A stretch of DNA of 26,611 nucleotides from Planctomycetota bacterium (GTDB lineage: Bacteria; Planctomycetota; UBA11346): NCBI GenBank assembly GCA_038213315.1, contig JBBQTJ010000008.1:1-26611 (forward strand). The letters are read 5' to 3'. The notes beneath the pieces were generated by a model. It saw nothing but the letters and a program-made list of their open reading frames with translations, ran no database searches and had not been told where the DNA came from. Positions 15,664-24,147 of the stretch are shown piece by piece. The position numbers were made by a program, and so were the translations under genes. Each line of letters starts with the position of its first letter. Position 1 is the stretch's first letter.

Positions 15664-17106
15664 ATGGACGCACCCCTTGCCCTGCCCGCTATGATCATCG
15701 CCATCGTCGTGTGCGGTGGCTTCGCTCTGATGGGTGCGCTCAATGCGCGCCGTCAGAGCACTGATGCGGCCGCCTTCAACCAGGCCCGTGGCAGCACCGG
15801 AGCGCTGTGGTCGGCGCTCAGCCTGGTCGCGCTGATGGCCGGCACCTGGGTGCTGTTCAGCCCGGGCGAGATGACCAGTTACACCGGGGTGGCGACTTTG
15901 GTTGGGTATGCCCTCGGCATGGCAGCACCCTTGGTGATCCTGGCCTGGCTGGGTCCGGCCCTGGTTCGCCGCTATCCCGAGGCGGCTGGACCTGGGATGA
16001 TGGCGCGCGCCCGTTGGGGTGCGCCCGCGCAGCTGCTCGTCTCGGTCCTGACTGTGGCCTATATGGGCAGCTATGTGGTCGCTGAACTGACCGCGATCAG
16101 CGGTGCTTTCGGCATCGTCGCTGGTGTGCCGGCCTGGGCCACCGCGCTGCTGGTCGCCACCGCGACCCTGTCGTACGCCGCCTGGGGCGGGTTGCGCGTA
16201 ACCATCTTCACCGACGGTGTGCAGGCCTGGTTCATCCTGCCGCTACTGATCGCCGCCTTCATCGGGACCATCGGAGCTTTCGGCGGCTGGGAGGCAGCCC
16301 AACAGCCCCTGGCCGCGCGCGCCGACCTGATGACCCTGGCCAGCCGGCCCGGTATTGAGGCCGGCATGATGCTGATGCTGGGCATCATCGCCGCCAATCT
16401 GCTGGACCAAAGCGTCTGGCAGCGCGTCATCGCCTGCCGCGACGACGCCACCCGCCGCCGCGCCTTCTTGTTGGCCGCGCTCGGCATCATCCCGGTCATT
16501 CTGATGGCTGGGTGGTTCGGCTTATGGTACGCGGCGCGCAATGCCGACCTGGCCAATGCTTCGTCGGCCCTGTTCCAGGTCATCGCCCAGGCCACGCCAG
16601 CCTGGGTGGCCCTCGCCGTCCTCGCCCTCGCCCTGATCCTGGTGATGAGCACCCTCGGCTCGCTCGCTAACGGCCTCGCTGCCCTGGTCGCCGCCGATGT
16701 GGCCAGCTTCCGACCAGGCCTCTCGCCACGCCAGCGCTTGGCCATCGGCCGCGGGGTGACCATCGCTGCCGCCCTGATCGCCGTGCCCATCGCGGCGGCG
16801 CAGCCCAGTGTAACCTATGTCTTCCTGGCCGCGGATCTGCTCTGCGCCACGGCGGTGGTGCCGCTGTTTGCTGGGCTTCTTGGTGTGCGCCTGTCACAGT
16901 TTGGCTTATTTTCTGCCGTCGCCCTGGGCATGGCGTGCGCCATTCCGGCCTTCCCACGTCCCGATTTCGTCACCCCCTGGGTTGAGCTGCGTCCGCTGCT
17001 CCATCTGCCTGCCGACGTCAACGCCATGCTGGTCAGTTTCGCCCTGGCGGTGGTGGTGCCGCTGCTGGTGACCGTGGTGTGGCCCAAGGCGGCACCAGTT
17101 CGATAG
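15664..17106 (+). CDS. sodium:solute symporter family (SSF) transporter, ThiV-like (thiamine or HMP precursor uptake predicted from the riboswitch)
   Basis: About 12 predicted TM helices. SSF signature GGLRVTIFTDGVQ (compare GGxxAVxxTDxxQ). Start chosen at ATG 15664 with a GGAGGA SD. The track ATG at 15613 lies inside the aptamer. Confidence 0.75.
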   Translation: MDAPLALPAMIIAIVVCGGFALMGALNARRQSTDAAAFNQARGSTGALWSALSLVALMAGTWVLFSPGEMTSYTGVATLVGYALGMAAPLVILAWLGPALVRRYPEAAGPGMMARARWGAPAQLLVSVLTVAYMGSYVVAELTAISGAFGIVAGVPAWATALLVATATLSYAAWGGLRVTIFTDGVQAWFILPLLIAAFIGTIGAFGGWEAAQQPLAARADLMTLASRPGIEAGMMLMLGIIAANLLDQSVWQRVIACRDDATRRRAFLLAALGIIPVILMAGWFGLWYAARNADLANASSALFQVIAQATPAWVALAVLALALILVMSTLGSLANGLAALVAADVASFRPGLSPRQRLAIGRGVTIAAALIAVPIAAAQPSVTYVFLAADLLCATAVVPLFAGLLGVRLSQFGLFSAVALGMACAIPAFPRPDFVTPWVELRPLLHLPADVNAMLVSFALAVVVPLLVTVVWPKAAPVR

Positions 17107-17163
17107 CGTCGGTACGGAGGGGGGCGCGATCAATTGAGTGCACACCTGGATCAACCCGGGGGG

Positions 17164-19710
17164 ATGTCTCAACGATTGCGTTGGTTAGCCTGGGGCATGA
17201 GCACCGCCGCCATTCCCATCACCACGTTTTCCTCCCAGGCCAATATGGTTGACCTTGCGGGTACTTGGCGGTTGAGCGATGCCAGCGGTGGCAACGCCTG
17301 TCCGGTCAGCGTGCCGGGCGATGTGCACCATGCGCTTTTCTTGGCCAAGCTCATCCCGGACCCCTATTACGGTCTGAATGAAGAGCTGGTCCAATGGGTC
17401 GGCGAGCGCGATTGGCTCATGACTCGCACCGTGCAGATCGATGCGGCGATGCTGGCGGCGCCTTCGGTCTACCTCAATGCCGACACCCTCGACACCTTCT
17501 GTTCGGTCAGCATCAATGGCGTCGTCGCGATCGAGACCGGCAACCGCTTCCGCCGCTATCGCGTCGAGGTCAAGCCGCTGCTGAAGGCCGGCCTCAACAC
17601 CATCGAACTGCGGTTCCGCTCCAGCGTGCAGGAGATCAAGGCGCGGGCCGCCAAGCTGGCCTATCCCATCCCCTTCAGCACGGCTGGCCAGAAGATCCCA
17701 CATTGGAATCTCATCCGCAAGCCGATGTGCCATGGCGGCTGGGATTGGGGCATTTCCATCTTCTGCGCCGGGGTCAGCGGCGACCTGAGCTTGCGCGCCG
17801 TGCGCAGCGCCCGCATCGAGCACGTCACCACCGTGCAGGAACACGCCGTGGGCCGCGTGACGCTGAAGGTCACCGCCGAATTGCATGCGCTAGCCGCCGG
17901 CAGCACCACCTTCAGCGTCACCATCGACGGCAAGATCATACGGGTCCCGGTGACGCTCGCCGCGGGCACCACCACCGCGACTGCCAGTATGGTCATTCAC
18001 CAGCCCCGACTGTGGTGGCCCAACGGCCACGGCGAGCAGCCGCTTTACGAACTGATCGTCACCGCCGGCGACGAGACGGTGCACAAGCAGATCGGCCTGC
18101 GCACCCTGGAAGTCATCAACGCCAAGGATGCCATCGGCCGGCCCCTGACCATCCGGGTGAATGGCCGGGACATCTTCTGCAAAGGTGCGAACTGGATTCC
18201 CACCGATGCCTTCCCCGGCCGCCAGGAAGGACATTACGAGAATCTGATCACCAGCGCCAAGACGGCGCACATGAACATGCTGCGCGTCTGGGGCGGTGGC
18301 CAGTTCGAGGCGGATGCGTTCTACCGCCTGTGCGACCAGCACGGCATCATGATCTGGCATGACTTCATGTTCTCGTGCGCCCTGTATCCGGCGGACGAGG
18401 CCTTCCTTGGCGAGGTTCGCGCCGAGACCGAATACCAGGTCAAGCGCCTGCGCGACCACGTCAGCATTGCCCTGTGGTGCGGCGACAATGAGAATGTCGG
18501 TGCCCTCACCTGGTACGAGGAATCGCGCAAGAACCGCGATCGCTACCTCATCGACTGGGTCCGCCTGGATGATGCTCGCGGGCAGACGGCGCTAACCTGC
18601 GATCCGACTCGCACCTACTGGCCCAGCTCGCCCTGCGCCGGCCCCGGCGACTTCAGCGATACTTTCCACAACGACGGTGCCGGTGACATGCACTATTGGC
18701 GGGTCTGGCACGAGGGCTGTTCGTTCGACGCATATTACGAGGTGAAGCCGCGCTTCTGCTCGGAATTCGGCTACCAATCCTTCAACAGTCTGGAATCGGT
18801 GAGCGGCTACTGCCCACCGGAGGAGCGCAATATCACCGCACCGATCATGGAATGGCACCAGCGCAACGACGGCGGCAATCGTCGCATCAACGAGATGTTC
18901 TCGCGCTATTTCCGCATGCCGGTGGGCTTCGCGGCCACCCTGTACCTCTCGCAGGTTCAGCAGGCAGTGGCGATCAAGACGGCGGTGGAATTCTGGCGGA
19001 CCCTGCGGCCCCAGTGCATGGGCACGCTCTACTGGCAAATCAATGACATTTGGCCAGTGGCCAGCTGGGCCAGCGTCGAGTACGGCGGCAAGTGGAAGCA
19101 GCTTCACCACCACGCCCGCCGCTTCTTTCAACCGGTCATCGCCTGCGTGCAGCAGCGCAAGGACAAGGCTCGTCCGGAACTCGGGGAATTCATCGAGGCC
19201 TGGGCGGTCAGCGATTTGGCCACCGCCGGTGCGGTCGAGGTCGAGCTCGCCATCTGGGCCTTCGACGGGGTCAAGCGCAGCAGCGAGTCTTTCCCGCTCG
19301 ATCTCGCGGCTGGCAGTGCCCAGCGGATCGGCCAATGGCCGGTGACCCGCTTCTGCGCCGACGATCAGGCGCGGCGTGAGAGCTTCCTGCAGGTCACCCT
19401 GCGCGGCACCGTGGGCGGGGTGGCGATCAGCCATGCCAACACCCACTTCTTCACCGAGTACAAGCGCTGCCCCTTGGCCGATGCCACCATCACCAGCACC
19501 GTGGCCGGCAACGCCGTGACCCTGACCAGCGACCAGCCGGCCTTCTTCGTGGTCGCTAGCACCGACGGCATCCCTGGCGAGTTCGACGACAACAGCGTCA
19601 CCTTGCTGCCGGGTCAGCCCCAGACCCTGACCTTCGTGCCCCGCATCGGCGGCACCCCGTCCGGCTTGGCCAAGGCCCTGGCGGTAATGCATCTGCGGGC
19701 GACCTACTGA
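17164..19710 (+). CDS. glycoside hydrolase family 2 beta-mannosidase
   Basis: PHWNLIRKPMCHGGWDWG, WWPNGHGEQPLYEL, KGANWIP, NMLRVWGGG, WCGDNE (acid/base Glu) and CSEFGYQS (nucleophile Glu) all match the beta-mannosidase subfamily of GH2. Start ambiguous: TTG 17134, ATG 17164 (chosen) or ATG 17245. Confidence 0.85.
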   Translation: MSQRLRWLAWGMSTAAIPITTFSSQANMVDLAGTWRLSDASGGNACPVSVPGDVHHALFLAKLIPDPYYGLNEELVQWVGERDWLMTRTVQIDAAMLAAPSVYLNADTLDTFCSVSINGVVAIETGNRFRRYRVEVKPLLKAGLNTIELRFRSSVQEIKARAAKLAYPIPFSTAGQKIPHWNLIRKPMCHGGWDWGISIFCAGVSGDLSLRAVRSARIEHVTTVQEHAVGRVTLKVTAELHALAAGSTTFSVTIDGKIIRVPVTLAAGTTTATASMVIHQPRLWWPNGHGEQPLYELIVTAGDETVHKQIGLRTLEVINAKDAIGRPLTIRVNGRDIFCKGANWIPTDAFPGRQEGHYENLITSAKTAHMNMLRVWGGGQFEADAFYRLCDQHGIMIWHDFMFSCALYPADEAFLGEVRAETEYQVKRLRDHVSIALWCGDNENVGALTWYEESRKNRDRYLIDWVRLDDARGQTALTCDPTRTYWPSSPCAGPGDFSDTFHNDGAGDMHYWRVWHEGCSFDAYYEVKPRFCSEFGYQSFNSLESVSGYCPPEERNITAPIMEWHQRNDGGNRRINEMFSRYFRMPVGFAATLYLSQVQQAVAIKTAVEFWRTLRPQCMGTLYWQINDIWPVASWASVEYGGKWKQLHHHARRFFQPVIACVQQRKDKARPELGEFIEAWAVSDLATAGAVEVELAIWAFDGVKRSSESFPLDLAAGSAQRIGQWPVTRFCADDQARRESFLQVTLRGTVGGVAISHANTHFFTEYKRCPLADATITSTVAGNAVTLTSDQPAFFVVASTDGIPGEFDDNSVTLLPGQPQTLTFVPRIGGTPSGLAKALAVMHLRATY

Positions 19711-19744
19711 GCCAACGCGCTGATGGTCGCGCAGCAGGAACCAA

Positions 19745-19779
19745 CCCCCGGCGTCGACCTACGCCGGGGGTCTGCGTTT
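19745..19779 (+). terminator. rho-independent terminator downstream of the beta-mannosidase gene
   Basis: cccccggcg-tcgaccta-cgccggggg (9-bp GC stem) followed by tctgcgttt. Confidence 0.65.
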
Positions 19780-19805
19780 AACGACAGGCCTGGACGCGGC
19801 GTAAT

Positions 19806-20027
19806 GAGTGGCCATAGCAAACCCCCATTCCCTGATAAATGCCGCATTCTTCAGCGCAACGGCATGTCCAATATGCTGTAGTATTTCGGCGCATCAGCGG
19901 CAAGTCTGTTCATCCCCTGGGAATCTTCGCAGGCGCATCGACGGCCCTCTGGCCCAGCAGCGCATCGACCAGTCCCCGCTGCTGTCGATGTATCTGAACC
20001 CGCGCGGTCGCGATGAGACGGTGAACC
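19806..20027 (-). repeat. direct-repeat copy A of an IS3-orfB-derived element (about 98% identical to copy B)
   Basis: Over about 215 bp there are 5 differences versus 22586..22812. The sequence corresponds to codons about 20-75 of an IS3-family orfB (the MCRVL...RVQIHRQQRG... region of copy B), but here it has no flanking IS sequence. Confidence 0.7.
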
Positions 20028-20261
20028 TAAAATCAGCGATGGGATTCACACTGAGCACCCCCCTTGGAAAAATGAGCGCCTGGATCGTTTTAACACGCGG
20101 CCCAGACGTCGCGAGGAGAGAGAAAACGACTCGGCAACCATGCCGGAATCGGGCGAGACTTAGTCGCTGATGGGTTTTGCAACGCCCACTGCTTACACGC
20201 GCATGCAACCAGCGCCGCTGGCCCTTACAGGCTAGCCACGCGGCATGAGCGCGGCTGCAAC

Positions 20262-20360
20262 CGCGCGGGAGGGAAATCGCCAAAATATTACGGCGTCTTG
20301 GACAAACCGTTGCGCCGAAGAATGCGGCATTTATCGGGGAATAGTGGTTTTGCTACGGCC
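20262..20360 (+). repeat. diverged inverted partial copy (C) of the same repeat
   Basis: The reverse complement of 20262-20360 aligns (about 80-85%) to the first ~100 bp of copies A and B (agtggccgtagcaaaacc...ataaatgccgcattcttcggcgcaacgg...). It ends at the same boundary (gtggcc(a/g)tagcaaa). Confidence 0.55.
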
Positions 20361-20401
20361 ACTAACTCAACGTTGGGGCAGAGCGGTTCCTTAACAGGCT
20401 C

Positions 20402-20770
20402 TCAGGAGATGAGGCTGTTGCGCATGGTCATGATGCGCTTCGACAGTTCACGATTGGATGCCGCTTTGGACGCGACATCAAGCACATTGATCAACTGTAC
20501 CTTGTAGTCCGGCGGACAATCGGGCAGCGCGTTAAGCAGCGGCAGTTCGATCGCTTCCCACACCGTTGTCAGGCCACGCTGATCGCCACGCTTGGCTAGT
20601 CCGTCCAGCACGCGGCTGGCTTCGATGCAGCGCACGGCGCCGTTGGCTGACAGCACGCGGTCGATCGATGGCTGCGGATTGCCACCGACCCGCCGGGCCC
20701 ACATGACCAGGAAGAACGCCGCGACCAGCGCGCTGAGGAAGAGCAGGAACGGCATCAGCCAACCACTCAT
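20402..20770 (-). CDS. hypothetical membrane-anchored protein encoded downstream of the flotillin-like gene
   Basis: 122 aa from ATG 20770: MSGWLMPFLLFLSALVAAFFLVMW (one TM) plus a soluble domain. The track ORF extends upstream into the flotillin gene's 3' end. No SD. Not NfeD-like (no OB-fold motif). Confidence 0.4.
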   Translation of the reverse strand: MSGWLMPFLLFLSALVAAFFLVMWARRVGGNPQPSIDRVLSANGAVRCIEASRVLDGLAKRGDQRGLTTVWEAIELPLLNALPDCPPDYKVQLINVLDVASKAASNRELSKRIMTMRNSLIS

Positions 20771-20777
20771 CGCCAAG

Positions 20778-22475
20778 TCACTTGCGTGGTGCGGGCGCTG
20801 CGCTGCCCGGAGTCGCCGGTTGGATCTGCACCTGCGGTTTGAGCTGTCCGCCCAGGATGGTTCCCGCCAGCGCGTCCATCGTGCCACCGCCGGAACCGAC
20901 CATGACGTGCGGGGTGATCTGGACCTTACCCTCGCTGATCAGCTTCATCAGCTCCAGCGTGGTCACGCCTTCGGGCCCGATGGCACCAGCCATCGCGGTG
21001 TAGGCCTTCTGCTTGGCCTCGGCGGTGATGGTGATGTAGCTCGCCTCGCCCTTGGCCTCGGCCTCGCGCGCCTTGGCCTCCTGCTCGGCGACCTGCACCT
21101 TGTAGGTCGCCTGGGCGAGCTGGCGCTGCTGCGCGGCTTCTTCCTCGGCCTTGATGAAGGTGGCGCGCGCTTCTTCGGCACGCTTTTTCTCGGCGAAGGT
21201 CGCCTGCTGATTGACCGCGACCTCGCGGTCGGTCTGGGTCAGCAGCAATTGCTTGCCGGCTTCGGTCTCATCCAGGTCGATGTTGCCGATGAACACGCCC
21301 TCGCTGTCCAGACGGTACTTCTTCAGTTCATCGCGCATGCTCTGGCTGGCAGTGGCTTCGACCTGGGTGCGGCTGCTGACGAACTGGAGTGCGTTCATGG
21401 TCTCGGCGACGTTGCGGATGATGGTGCGCACCAGCGGCAGGATGACCTTCGCTTCGAGCACGCTCAGGGTGTCGTCCTCCTGCTCGTCCTTGGTCATCAG
21501 GTCGGGATTGGCGAGTAGCGCGACCAGATAGGGGGCCTCTTCCGCCGATACCGACACTGACACGCGCACGTCGACCGGGAAGGTGAAGCCATCCTTCGAA
21601 CGCACCCTGATCGCCCACTTCTTATCTTGGTACGTGTAGATGCGGTTGGTGGTCTGCACCTTCACCACTTGGTAGGCATCCGGATGCAGGTTGTAGGCAC
21701 CGGGCGGCAGCGGCTGTTTCCAGATGCCCTGGTATTCATTGGGAACCAGCGCCGTGCCATTGATCACCGTCAGTTCCTCGCCGGGTTTGGGCACGTAGCG
21801 TGGGCCCGCGTTGGCCTTGATCACAGCGACCTCGCCCACGCCAATGGTCAGCGCCAGCTTGGAGGTGACGGTGAAGAGCCGCGGATTGAAACGGTAACGG
21901 CCTGGCGTCACCACCGTCAACTGTGGCCCGCGATGCCCCTTGTCGCTCTTGAGGAAGCCCTCTCCATCCAGCATCGCCTCACTCGATTCCCATTTTGGTG
22001 CGAAGACATCGGTTCCTGATGGCGGTTTGCCGTCCAGTGCGACGACCACACCGACGTGGCCCTGTTCGATCGCCACCGTCTCCACCTGGTTGAGATTGTA
22101 AAGCCAGGGCCAGTAGCCGAAGTGCCACCCGGGCCCAAGCATCCGCGCTTGCGGTCCTTTTTGGCCTTCCTCAGCCACCACGCGGTTGGGCGGCAGATCC
22201 GCACCAAACTTGCGGATGACGATGCCGCCCTGGTCATCGTTGACGTAGATTGCGGTCGAGAAGGCGATCGCTACCAGCGCCGCCAGCGTGGCTGCCACCG
22301 CCCCCATCAATCCCAGTGCGCGGTTGCCAGCGACCAGTACCGGGGCGGTGAACAGCACCACTGCGGTGACCAGCAGCAACAAGGCGATGGCGAAGAGCAT
22401 CATGGCAAAACCCCCCGGACGGGCAGGAATGTCTGGCGGCGTGGGGGGAATCAATGCCCAGATGGGAAGAGACAT
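20778..22475 (-). CDS. flotillin-like SPFH/band-7 domain protein (YqiK family)
   Basis: N-terminal hydrophobic segments, then an SPFH core, then a long EA-rich coiled coil (EKKRAEEARATFIKAEEEAAQQRQLAQATYKVQVAEQEAKAREAEAKGE) and a flotillin-type C-terminus. Start uncertain: TTG 22499, ATG 22475 (chosen) or ATG 22403. Confidence 0.8.
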   Translation of the reverse strand: MSLPIWALIPPTPPDIPARPGGFAMMLFAIALLLLVTAVVLFTAPVLVAGNRALGLMGAVAATLAALVAIAFSTAIYVNDDQGGIVIRKFGADLPPNRVVAEEGQKGPQARMLGPGWHFGYWPWLYNLNQVETVAIEQGHVGVVVALDGKPPSGTDVFAPKWESSEAMLDGEGFLKSDKGHRGPQLTVVTPGRYRFNPRLFTVTSKLALTIGVGEVAVIKANAGPRYVPKPGEELTVINGTALVPNEYQGIWKQPLPPGAYNLHPDAYQVVKVQTTNRIYTYQDKKWAIRVRSKDGFTFPVDVRVSVSVSAEEAPYLVALLANPDLMTKDEQEDDTLSVLEAKVILPLVRTIIRNVAETMNALQFVSSRTQVEATASQSMRDELKKYRLDSEGVFIGNIDLDETEAGKQLLLTQTDREVAVNQQATFAEKKRAEEARATFIKAEEEAAQQRQLAQATYKVQVAEQEAKAREAEAKGEASYITITAEAKQKAYTAMAGAIGPEGVTTLELMKLISEGKVQITPHVMVGSGGGTMDALAGTILGGQLKPQVQIQPATPGSAAPAPRK

Positions 22476-22585
22476 GGACAGGTAATAAGGATATAGCAAT
22501 CACAAACTATTCTCATGGTGTTAACATCGGGCGGAGGCGACGGCGACTGTCGCCCTCACCAGAATGCATCGTCTTTGGTTCCAAG

Positions 22586-23600
22586 GGTGTGGTCGTAGCA
22601 AAACCCCCATTCCCTGATAAATGCCGCATTCTTCAGCGCAACGGCATGTCCAATATGCTGTAGTATTTCGGCGAATCAGCGGCAAGTCTGTTCATCCCCT
22701 GGGAATCTTCGCAGGCGCATCGACGGCCCTCTGGCCCAGCAGCGCATCGACCATTCCCCGTTGCTGTCGATGTATCTGAACCCGCGCAGTCGCGATGAGA
22801 CGGTGCTGGGCATGGATGGCCCGCACCCGCACGCCCAGCCTATCATCCTCACGCCGCCGCTGGCTAGCCGGGGCTGAAATCCAACGCAGGTAGCCGCTCT
22901 TTGACACGAAGAGCACTCGACACATCACCCAACGCCGTTTCCTTTAGGCGCTCGTGTGGGCCAACGGCCCGATTCAAGTCAGCCCAGGGCAACACCCAGG
23001 GAAATCATTCGGCTCTCCTGGAGAGCCCTGAAGGGGCGACTCAATCCGGCGATTCAGCCGCCCCTTCAGAGCCCTACAGTCCTGGTCCTATTGTCCCAGG
23101 GCGTTGCCCTAGGCTATCATGGGTCGGGCCGTTGGCCCTCGCGAAAAAGCATAAAGAAACGGCGTTAACACATCACCCACAGTCTGAATATGTCGGGGTG
23201 ACCCGCAATGAAGCCAGACCTCACCGTGACTCCCTAAGGAAGAATTCCGTCTTTTTTTTAGATTTCACGCTCCTCCAAGAAATGAGCGTGCTCTCGCCGA
23301 GGACGAGCCACCGCAGCCTCCAGGCCGGACTGGACGCCGTGGCCAGGAAAGGCCTGGGGACGGGCAGCACGAAGTTCGCGCCTCCACGTATGGATTGCCG
23401 CCGCAGAGTCCCGGATATTGACCCCTGCCTAGCGGGCACCTTTTCCATCGGCTAGGCGCATGGCGCTCTCCTTGAACTCATTGGTGTAGACCTTCCGGTG
23501 GCGGGACTGGATGGGTTCGGGGTGGTCTTTGATGCTCATGGGCATGGATCTTATCAGCTCGTGCGAGCTTATTTGGTGGTCCATGAAAGCAGGGCAGGCT
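22586..23600 (-). mobile_element. degenerate IS3-family insertion-sequence remnant: orfA pseudogene, frameshift window, and only the first ~75 codons of orfB. The part 22586-22812 is direct-repeat copy B.
   Basis: orfA (23556..23258): MPMSIKDHPEPIQSRHRKVYTNEFKESAMRLADGKGAR*AGVNIRDSAAAIHTWRRELRAARPQAFPGHGVQSGLEAAVARPRREHAHFLEEREI*. Compare IS3 OrfA: F(S)xEFKxxAVxL...GVNANLLYRWRRE...AFPGKG...RLRREN..LxEERDILKK. Slippery-like AAAAAAAAG at 23251-23259. orfB start ...FRLWVMC/RVLFVSKSGYLRW... (compare MCRVLGVSRSGYYAW). The DDE core is absent. Confidence 0.7.
22932..23167. mobile_element. 236-bp MITE-like palindromic element inserted at the orfA/orfB junction of the IS3 remnant, flanked by a 12-bp direct duplication
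   Basis: Flanking direct repeat ACACATCACCCA at 22920-22931 and 23168-23179. Removing the insert restores ...FRLWVMCRVLFVSKSGY... in frame. Terminal inverted repeats ACGCCGTTTCCTTTAGGCGC...GGGCCAACGGCCCGA (left) and its imperfect reverse complement (right, about 45 bp). Internal hairpin CTGAAGGGGCG-N19-CGCCCCTTCAG. Confidence 0.6.
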
Positions 23601-23676
23601 CACAGCTAGGCGCACTGCAAAATGCAGTGATAATAAACGATACCGCAGGGCTCAACGCCACTAAGGTACTCCGCCC

Positions 23677-24042
23677 ATGACGCCTTCCTCCTTTCATTCT
23701 TCTGGCATCAACGGCCTGGACGAGGTGCTGGGCGGCACCACGCACCTGCTGCTTGACGAGGTCGAAGGGGTGAATGCGTCGCGCGTGGTGCTCGATTCGC
23801 TGGCTGAACTGTGCATCCTCTCACAGGATTCGCTGCGCTGCCGCCGCCAGATCCTGGCGCTCAAGCAGTTCTTCCACAAACACCGCTGCAGCGCGCTGCT
23901 GCACGACGACCGTTCTGGAACCGATATGTGGCAGGTCAGCGAAGACGATTCGCTACGCGCCGCGAATCCCGCCTTCCGCCACCGCTCGTGCGGCACCGTC
24001 GCGCTCTCGCCTGCGCGCAGATCACCCATCCTTGTTTCCTGA
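23677..24042 (+). pseudogene. KaiC/RecA-superfamily ATPase remnant (internally deleted, lacks Walker A)
   Basis: N-terminus SGINGLDEVLGG (compare KaiC/RadA TGIxGLDxxLGGG), but the P-loop is missing. It jumps to VVLDSLAEL...RRQILALKQFFHKHRCSALL (compare KaiC VVIDSLS...RxxIxRLxxxLKxxGxTxLL). 121-aa ORF only. Confidence 0.4.
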
Positions 24043-24147
24043 CCGCTCTCCAAGACGTCACGATGAACGAGCTGGTTCAGCCGGCTCAAACCCAATGATT
24101 CGCCGGCTAGTGGCGACCGACTGTTGAAGCGCCACTGAGAAGAAATC

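Noticed and set aside
20402-20770. Small downstream protein as an NfeD-family partner of the flotillin
   Set aside because: Single TM plus a soluble domain without the NfeD C-terminal OB-fold beta-barrel motifs. Kept only as a hypothetical protein.
22901-23455. 184-aa plus-strand ORF and 19808..20170 / 19894..20283 ORFs in the repeat/IS region
   Set aside because: Antisense to or overlapping IS3-derived and MITE sequence. No homology, no RBS.
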